From Ignavibacteria bacterium (GTDB lineage Bacteria > Bacteroidota > Ignavibacteria > Tepidaquicellales > OLB5): a stretch of DNA of 30,628 bases. Shown one piece after another: positions 24,689-30,628 of the stretch (its first letter is position 1; each line of letters begins with the position of its first letter). The notes below the pieces were generated by a model. That model saw only the letters and a list, made by a program, of their open reading frames with translations. It searched no databases and had not been told where the DNA came from. The DNA is taken from assembly GCA_036505135.1 (NCBI GenBank), contig DASXTZ010000018.1, positions 1 to 30,628 of the forward strand, read 5' to 3'. A program made the position numbers and the translations under genes.

Positions 24689-26443
24689 ATGCCAAAAGAG
24701 AAAAATCAACCCGAAGAAAATTATACGGTTTCGGCGCGTAAGTATCGCCCCAAAACTTTCGAAGACGTTACAGCCCAGGATTATATCACAAAAACCCTCC
24801 TGAATGCAATAAAAATCAACAGAGTGTCGCATGCATACCTTTTTTGCGGCCCCCGCGGAGTCGGAAAAACAACTATAGCAAGGCTTATGGCAAAATCGCT
24901 TAACTGCAAAAACCGCAAGCCAAATGGCGAGCCCTGCAATGAGTGTGATAGCTGCAAAGAAATAAATAACGATAACCGCAACCATCCCGATGTATTCGAA
25001 ATAGACGGTGCCTCAAACAGAAATATTGAAGATGTAAGAGAGCTGAAGGAAAAAGTTAAATACGGCCCTGTAAGGTCCCGCTATAAAATTTTCATTATCG
25101 ATGAAGTCCACATGCTTACCGGAGCATCTTTCAATGCGCTATTGAAAACCCTTGAAGAGCCGCCATCCTATGTTATATTTATATTTGCAACAACCGCCCC
25201 CGAAAAAGTGCCTTTAACGATTCTTGGCCGCTGCCAGAAATTTGATTTCAAGCGTTTTACTATAGAGGAAATAATATCACGTCTTAAATTTATCGCTAAA
25301 AAAGAAAATATTAAGATCGATGAGGAGTCATTATTTTTTATAGCAAAAAAAGGCGATGGTTCTATGCGTGATGCGCAGGGGCTCTTCGATATGGCTTCGG
25401 CTTACTCAGACAGCAATATTACTTTTGATAACCTGAAATCATTTTTCAATCTCGCAGAAAGCGACGTATATTTTAATATTACCACTTTTATTAAGGCAAA
25501 AGACGGACAGGGCGTTTTGAATTATTTTGATGAGCTTATCAATAAAGGCTATGATATGCAAACCTTTCTTGACGGCTTGACCGAGCATTATAGAAACCTG
25601 CTTATAGCATGCTCAACAGGCTCATCTGCTCTTGTGGTTGAATCTGAGGCGATAAAACAAAAATATGAGGAGAGCATCCAAAAATTTACACAAATAGAGC
25701 TGTTAAACTCCCTGAAGCTTATCCTCCAAACGGAATATTCATTTAAATATTCGGCAAATCAGCGGACATTAATAGAAGCGCTCTTGATAGAGCTAATGAA
25801 ATTTACCGATACAAGAGAGATATCAGCTATACTGGAAGAGCTAAAAGATCTCAAATCCGGTTCCGAAAGTACTTTTGAGCAAGTGACTGGGCCCAAAAAA
25901 ACACAGCCAAAATTAGCGTCTGAGGAAAAAGTTACCTTTACTGCTGTTTATTCAAGTCCTGATAAATCAGTCAATGAATCCGTTCAGTCATTCAAAGAGC
26001 CCGATTCGGCTCCTGCCGGAGAGGATCAGGTTAAAGCTGAAAAACCTGCAGCAAAATTATCGCAGGCGCTCGGAACAGTTGTTGATATTTCAACAGCGTT
26101 AAATGATTTAAATTCTCACTGGACAACTATTAAAGACCATATAAAAACCGAACGTAAATGGGTTCACAGCATATTAAAGGATACAACATTTGAGCTTGAC
26201 GGGAAAAGTAACTATTGCATAAAAGTTGATGATAACCGCTATGATCTTTTAGACAGCTATAAAGATTATTTAACGGGCGTAATTTCAAATTATTTCGGCC
26301 AGCCGCTTCCAATAAATGTAGTTAAAAACTCTGATTTCATTTCTTCACGCTCAAATGATGAACTTGCAAAGGAAGAAATAGATAATTTCGAACAAATAAA
26401 ATCGATATTAATAAAAGAGTTTAACGCCAGAGAAGTAAAATAA
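24689..26443 (+). CDS. dnaX: DNA polymerase III subunit gamma/tau
   Basis: ARKYRPKTF, CGPRGVGKTT, C..C..C zinc module, EIDGASN, IIDEVHML, NALLKTLEEP, RCQ, GSMRDA. Confidence 0.96.
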   Translation: MPKEKNQPEENYTVSARKYRPKTFEDVTAQDYITKTLLNAIKINRVSHAYLFCGPRGVGKTTIARLMAKSLNCKNRKPNGEPCNECDSCKEINNDNRNHPDVFEIDGASNRNIEDVRELKEKVKYGPVRSRYKIFIIDEVHMLTGASFNALLKTLEEPPSYVIFIFATTAPEKVPLTILGRCQKFDFKRFTIEEIISRLKFIAKKENIKIDEESLFFIAKKGDGSMRDAQGLFDMASAYSDSNITFDNLKSFFNLAESDVYFNITTFIKAKDGQGVLNYFDELINKGYDMQTFLDGLTEHYRNLLIACSTGSSALVVESEAIKQKYEESIQKFTQIELLNSLKLILQTEYSFKYSANQRTLIEALLIELMKFTDTREISAILEELKDLKSGSESTFEQVTGPKKTQPKLASEEKVTFTAVYSSPDKSVNESVQSFKEPDSAPAGEDQVKAEKPAAKLSQALGTVVDISTALNDLNSHWTTIKDHIKTERKWVHSILKDTTFELDGKSNYCIKVDDNRYDLLDSYKDYLTGVISNYFGQPLPINVVKNSDFISSRSNDELAKEEIDNFEQIKSILIKEFNAREVK

Positions 26444-27336
26444 TGAGTGCGAAATTCAGCTCTCTTGGTATTAAAGATAATTTCTTAGCGATAGATAAAA
26501 AATACTCTGGCTTTAATAATTCTAAGATAGCAATTCTTTCTGTCCCCTACGAAAAAACCACATCATACGGAAAAGGAACGGCAAAAGGGCCTGCAGCAAT
26601 ATTAAATGCATCGCATTATGTTGAATTTTTTGACGAAGAAACCGAGAAGGAAGTATGTTTCGAGCAGGGTATAGTAACCTTAAAGCCCCTTAAGTTTAAA
26701 AAGCTATCCGGTAAAAAGGCACTCGATTTAATTTACAAAAATGTAAAAAGCCTCATTGATTTAAATAAGTTTGTGGTTACTTTAGGAGGTGAGCATTCCA
26801 TTTCAACCGCTCCTATTAAGGCTCATTTCGATTCATTCAAAGACCTCTCCATCCTCCATTTTGATGCGCATTCTGACCTTCGGGATGAATATGAAGGTTC
26901 AAAGTATTCACATGCTTCATTTGCAGCAAGAGTGGCCGAGTTTACAACCAATATAACACAAGTTGGGATACGTGCGCAATGCAAAGAAGAATTTCAGTTT
27001 ATAAAAAGAGCTGGCATATCGGCTTTTTATGCCTATGAATTAAGAGATGAGGGTTTTAGCTGGCAGATGATGGATACGATAATCAACACACTTGATAAAA
27101 ATGTATACATTACCTTCGATGTCGATTATTTTGACCCCTCAATTATGCCTTCAACCGGAACTCCCGAACCAAACGGGTTTTATTGGAGCGAAACAATGAC
27201 ATTATTGAAGAGAATTTGTTCAGAACGAAATCTCGTTGGTTTTGATATTGTTGAGCTTGCTCCAAGAAAGGATTTTACATTTCCTGATTTTTTAACTGCT
27301 AAATTAATTTATAAAATTTTAAATTATAAATTTTGA
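26443..27336 (+). CDS. speB: Agmatinase (ureohydrolase family)
   Basis: GGEHS, HFDAHSDLR, TFDVDYFDPS, PSTGTPEPNG, VELAP; start overlaps the dnaX stop (TAATG). Confidence 0.9.
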   Translation: MSAKFSSLGIKDNFLAIDKKYSGFNNSKIAILSVPYEKTTSYGKGTAKGPAAILNASHYVEFFDEETEKEVCFEQGIVTLKPLKFKKLSGKKALDLIYKNVKSLIDLNKFVVTLGGEHSISTAPIKAHFDSFKDLSILHFDAHSDLRDEYEGSKYSHASFAARVAEFTTNITQVGIRAQCKEEFQFIKRAGISAFYAYELRDEGFSWQMMDTIINTLDKNVYITFDVDYFDPSIMPSTGTPEPNGFYWSETMTLLKRICSERNLVGFDIVELAPRKDFTFPDFLTAKLIYKILNYKF

Positions 27337-27340
27337 GCCC

Positions 27341-27718
27341 ATGTTTGAACTGGAACGCATTGACCACGTTGCAATTACAGTTAGCAGCCTGGAAAATTCA
27401 GTAAAATGGTATATGGAAATACTGGGTTTAGAGCGTTATTACGAAGGCGAATGGGATGGCGTCCCTATCATGATTGGAAAAGGTGGAACTTGTATCGCAT
27501 TGTTTAAAGTGAAGGGTGATAATCCGAAGCCTGACCGGGGCACACCTGCAATGATGCACCTTGCGTTCAGAACAGACAGAAAAAATTTCATGAAAGCGCA
27601 GGAAGAATTAAGTGCAAAGGCAATAAAGTTCAGCTTTGCAGACCATGATATCTCTCATTCAATATATTTTAAAGACCCTGACGGACATGAAATCGAAATT
27701 ACAACTTATGAATTATAG
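27341..27718 (+). CDS. VOC/glyoxalase family protein
   Basis: IDHVAITVS...WYMEILGL, HLAF, SIYFKDPDGHEIEI. Confidence 0.9.
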   Translation: MFELERIDHVAITVSSLENSVKWYMEILGLERYYEGEWDGVPIMIGKGGTCIALFKVKGDNPKPDRGTPAMMHLAFRTDRKNFMKAQEELSAKAIKFSFADHDISHSIYFKDPDGHEIEITTYEL

Positions 27719-27720
27719 TG

Positions 27721-28902
27721 CTACCAGCTGTACCCGTTTGATTTAAGCCAATCCTGTGAATCCGTATCACCCAGCCTTGCAGCCATTTGAAAGCTTTCTA
27801 CTGTTTTTGGTTTATTACCAAGGCTGTAGTAAGCTATTCCCATATTGTAAAAACCAATTATTGAATTTGGATTTATCTCCACGCCTCTTTTAAAATCACT
27901 GATAGCTTTTTCAAACTCTTTAGTTTCATTGTAAATGAACCCGCGGTTTATATATGCCTTTTCATGGTTTGGATTCAGCTCTATGGTTTTGGTATATTCA
28001 TTTATAGCTGATGTATAATCATTCAGCTCAGTATATGCTCTTCCTCTGTGATAATATGCTTCGGCAAAATCAGTAGAAATCTCAACTGCTTTGTTATATT
28101 CATTTAAAGCGCTTACGAAATCTTTATTCTCATAAAAAGCCAGTCCCTTCAGAATAAAATCCTGTGCATCAAGTTTAACTTCAACAACAGGCTCGCTTTC
28201 TTTAATTACATCTGTAGTTTTAACTATTTCTTCTTCTTTTTTTACTTCAGTATTTTCTACTATGGTCTTATTCTCTTCCTCTTTTTTAACTTCAGTATTT
28301 TCTACTATGGGTTTACTTTCTTCTTTCTTTACCTCTTCCTTTTTTATTTCCTCTTTCTTAACTTCGGCAATTTCAGTTATTTTATTTTCAGCCTTCAGCT
28401 TATCAAGCTTATCTCTTGCGTCAGAATAATCAGGCTGCAAGTTAAGGGCTTTAGCATAATCCTCGGCCGCTTTTTCAAACTCATTATTTTTATTGTATGC
28501 ATTCCCTCTGTAGTAAAAAAGAGTTGCATCTTCACCCCTGGTCTCTATTGCCTTTGTAAAATTACTGGCAGCATCTTTATAATAGCCTAACTCATAATTC
28601 ATAATACCAAGGTTGATCATAACATTAGTATTCCCTGAATTTATATTAACCACCCATATATAATCCTGTTTTGCTTTACCATAATTTTTAAGTCTCCTGT
28701 AAACATCGCCGCGTTTTTCATATGCCTGCTCATATTTAGAATCCATATCTATTGCCATTGAGTAATAGAATATTGCCTCGGTGTAATTACTGGTTCGTTC
28801 AGCTTCCACGCCTGAATTGAACATTTTTACTGCATCTGATTTTTGCGAAAGGATACTGTAAGAAAAAGTTAAAAAAATTATTACACTAAACTTCCAAGTC
28901 AT
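27721..28902 (-). CDS. Secreted tetratricopeptide repeat protein
   Basis: Signal peptide ILS/Q; two TPR clusters (for example AYYHRGRAYTELNDYTSAINEYTKTIELNP) separated by a Glu/Lys-rich linker. Confidence 0.9.
   Translation of the reverse strand: MTWKFSVIIFLTFSYSILSQKSDAVKMFNSGVEAERTSNYTEAIFYYSMAIDMDSKYEQAYEKRGDVYRRLKNYGKAKQDYIWVVNINSGNTNVMINLGIMNYELGYYKDAASNFTKAIETRGEDATLFYYRGNAYNKNNEFEKAAEDYAKALNLQPDYSDARDKLDKLKAENKITEIAEVKKEEIKKEEVKKEESKPIVENTEVKKEEENKTIVENTEVKKEEEIVKTTDVIKESEPVVEVKLDAQDFILKGLAFYENKDFVSALNEYNKAVEISTDFAEAYYHRGRAYTELNDYTSAINEYTKTIELNPNHEKAYINRGFIYNETKEFEKAISDFKRGVEINPNSIIGFYNMGIAYYSLGNKPKTVESFQMAARLGDTDSQDWLKSNGYSW
28244..28310 (-). repeat. 45-bp (15-aa) tandem duplication in the TPR linker
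   Basis: Identical 22-mer ACTTCAGTATTTTCTACTATGG at 28244 and 28289; encodes IVENTEVKKEEE twice. Confidence 0.85.
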
Positions 28903-29087
28903 ACTGCCCCCGTCATTTTATAGTTTTAAAGATAACGAATAGAAAGCAAGATTTTCAGGAAAAAAATATATCCAAATAGGCTATAATTTCTTATTTTTAG
29001 CATGTAAAATAAAGAACGGTTCTTATTATTTTTGCTTTTCTATACTAAATTTCATTATTATAAGGATCTTATAACATAAAATTTAAT

Positions 29088-29122
29088 AAAAAAACCGGAG
29101 TAGTTTTCTTACTCCGGCTTTT
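29088..29122 (-). terminator. Intrinsic terminator of 29174-29653
   Basis: CCGGAGTA/TACTCCGG stem with a T8 run on the minus strand. Confidence 0.85.
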
Positions 29123-29173
29123 AATTGGAACCCCCCCATGAGCCCCGATTATGGATATAAAGGCTTACTTGCT

Positions 29174-29653
29174 TTAATCACTGCTCCAAACAGGTCTTAT
29201 ATCTCTGATTGGACGATTGTTCTTAACAGTGTGATCTAAATTTGAGGCTGTACTTTTAACGCTATAATTATAGTTCGAAACCGGGTTATTCTTATAATAT
29301 CTGAAGTCTCTGATAGGTTCGTTATTTTGAGCCTTATAATATTGAGAATTAGGACTGAAGGTTTTTACTTTGTAAGACCTAAAATCCCTTATCGGTTCAT
29401 TAGAACTAGCTCGATAAAAATATTCTTTATTATATTGAACCGGATAATATGGCTGTGGAGCTGCGCTTATTCCAACCGTTGATGCTTCAACAGTAATCTG
29501 AGCCCTTGCCGGCTCACCAGCAACTGCAGTTGAAGAACCAGAACTATGATGCGCAGCCCATGCCATATAATAAGAAACCATTGGCCAACTATATAAAGAT
29601 GATGCAAATAGCGTTAAAACTATAAACCCTGACAAGAATCTCTTCTTAAACAT
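29174..29653 (-). CDS. Hypothetical secreted protein with three PIRDxR repeats
   Basis: GGAGG before the ATG; signal-like N-terminus; NEPIRDFR twice and NRPIRDIR once; own terminator. Confidence 0.75.
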   Translation of the reverse strand: MFKKRFLSGFIVLTLFASSLYSWPMVSYYMAWAAHHSSGSSTAVAGEPARAQITVEASTVGISAAPQPYYPVQYNKEYFYRASSNEPIRDFRSYKVKTFSPNSQYYKAQNNEPIRDFRYYKNNPVSNYNYSVKSTASNLDHTVKNNRPIRDIRPVWSSD

Positions 29654-29813
29654 AATGACCTCCTTTATATATATTAAAACGAATCACTTTTTAAAGATGT
29701 TCCTATTTACATAACTGTAAAACCAGAATTTAGCAAATTAATTTTCGCCCAAAACATCAAAAAAATCAAAATTTTAAGCACTGTTTTAAAGGAAGTTATA
29801 GTCCAAATAAAAT

Positions 29814-29837
29814 AAAAAGACAGCTATTTGCTGTCTT
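29814..29837 (-). terminator. Intrinsic terminator after tRNA-Ser
   Basis: AAGACAGC-AAATA-GCTGTCTT followed by TTT on the minus strand. Confidence 0.8.
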
Positions 29838-29842
29838 CTATG

Positions 29843-29933
29843 CGGAGAGGGAGGGATTCGAACCCTCGATAGAGGTTTAAGCCCCTATGACGGTTTAGCA
29901 AACCGTTGATTTCAGCCACTCATCCACCTCTCC
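29843..29933 (-). tRNA. tRNA-Ser (anticodon GCT), CCA not encoded
   Basis: Acceptor GGAGAGG/CCTCTCC with G discriminator; anticodon arm ACGGT-TTGCTAA-ACCGT; long variable arm ATAGGGG-CTTAAA-CCTCTAT; T-loop GGTTCGAATCC. Confidence 0.97.
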
Positions 29934-29984
29934 GGAGTTGGTTCTAGTTTACTAAAATGAACTTTAGAAGCCTTTAAACAGTTA

Positions 29985-30015
29985 CAAAGATATACTAATA
30001 GGCATAATTATGAAA
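29985..30015 (-). promoter_or_regulatory. Candidate tRNA promoter
   Basis: TTTCAT, 17-nt spacer, TATCTTTG. Confidence 0.45.
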
Positions 30016-30102
30016 GCCATTTGTAATTCATTTTAAATTATTGGTTTATTATTTTATATCAAATAATGGAATTTTAGGGTTCAGGAGAACTTAACTTTAT
30101 TT

Positions 30103-30627
30103 ATGAAATATATTTATTTAGTGATCTTATTTTTATCAACGTCTATAAGCTTTTCACAGGATTCTAACTATCGTACATTACAAAACAACGCCTTTTCTTA
30201 CAGCGAAAGGCTTACTTATGAAATTGGCTATGGATTTATTACAGCTGCTGAAGCTTTCATGAATATTTCTCCCTCACCGGTTATAATTAACGGAAGGGAA
30301 ACATATGAGGTTAATTTTGACGTTAACTCGCGCTCCAGCTTTGATCTTGTTTACAAAGTAAGGGATAACTACAAAACTTACATCGATTCAAGAGGACTAT
30401 TTCCATGGAAATTTGAGCAGCACATCAGAGAACAAAATTACAGACGCGATTTTGAGGCATTTTTTCTGCCCGATAGCAGCAAAGTTAATACGGTTGTTAA
30501 TTATAATGAACGAAGAGAGTTCCAGGCGCCCTCATATGTGCAGGATATTTTTTCCTCCCTTTATTATGTTCGCTCGCTAAATTTGCGCAGCTACAAGGAC
30601 GGCGAAGTAATCACACTGGAAACTTTT
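30103..30627 (+). CDS. Secreted protein, probably DUF3108 family (partial, runs off the window)
   Basis: Not in the ORF track because it has no stop in the window. MKYIYLVILFLSTSISFS/QDSNYR...ERLTYEIGYGFITAAEA...FDLVYKVRDNYKTYID...PWKF...QDIFSSLYYVRS matches the DUF3108 pattern as recalled. Confidence 0.75.
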   Translation, partial: MKYIYLVILFLSTSISFSQDSNYRTLQNNAFSYSERLTYEIGYGFITAAEAFMNISPSPVIINGRETYEVNFDVNSRSSFDLVYKVRDNYKTYIDSRGLFPWKFEQHIREQNYRRDFEAFFLPDSSKVNTVVNYNERREFQAPSYVQDIFSSLYYVRSLNLRSYKDGEVITLETF

Positions 30628-30628
30628 A

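Noticed and set aside
25343-25353. In-frame slippery A AAA AAA G in dnaX near codon 220
   Set aside because: It lies inside the clamp-loader core, so a frameshift would not give a functional gamma subunit; it is explained by Ala-Lys-Lys-Gly codons.
157-26312. Short ORF-track entries overlapping major genes on the opposite strand or in another frame (for example 273-722, 2525-2806, 4872-5210, 8604-8882, 10402-10776, 19001-19402, 20269-20634, 24659-24985)
   Set aside because: Each overlaps a well-supported gene over all or nearly all of its length and has no recognisable motif or convincing SD; treated as shadow ORFs.
29100-29933. Possible island integrated at the tRNA-Ser 3' end
   Set aside because: No duplicated tRNA 3' segment, integrase or phage gene is seen, and the tRNA is followed directly by its terminator.

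Overview
This is a 30.6 kb AT-rich chromosomal window from an FCB-group bacterium, probably Ignavibacteria-like. The assignment is inferred from several T9SS C-terminal domains (NYPNPFNP type), Gln at +1 after most signal peptides, and retained Shine-Dalgarno motifs. Housekeeping genes are degP, recO, mtnA, a PfkB kinase, bcp, sppA, dnaX, speB, a PhzF-family enzyme, an aldo/keto reductase and tRNA-Ser(GCT). There are also four paralogous Asp-box beta-propeller proteins and several secreted hypothetical proteins. The strongest candidate for an undescribed system is on the minus strand at about 1-5525. It reads: promoter, an unannotated 34-aa leader ORF whose codons carry a 12-bp antiterminator, an intrinsic terminator, ABC exporter half 1, rtcB RNA ligase, ABC exporter half 2, and a possible methyltransferase. 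This looks like a ribosome-controlled attenuator linking efflux to RNA repair; that reading is an inference. A second theme is about 20 short palindromic REP-like elements with conserved arms and variable cores, at least one of which sits in frame inside a T9SS sorting domain. I found no CRISPR array, transposase, integrase or rRNA. All calls are from manual motif reading; no database searches or folding programs were run.
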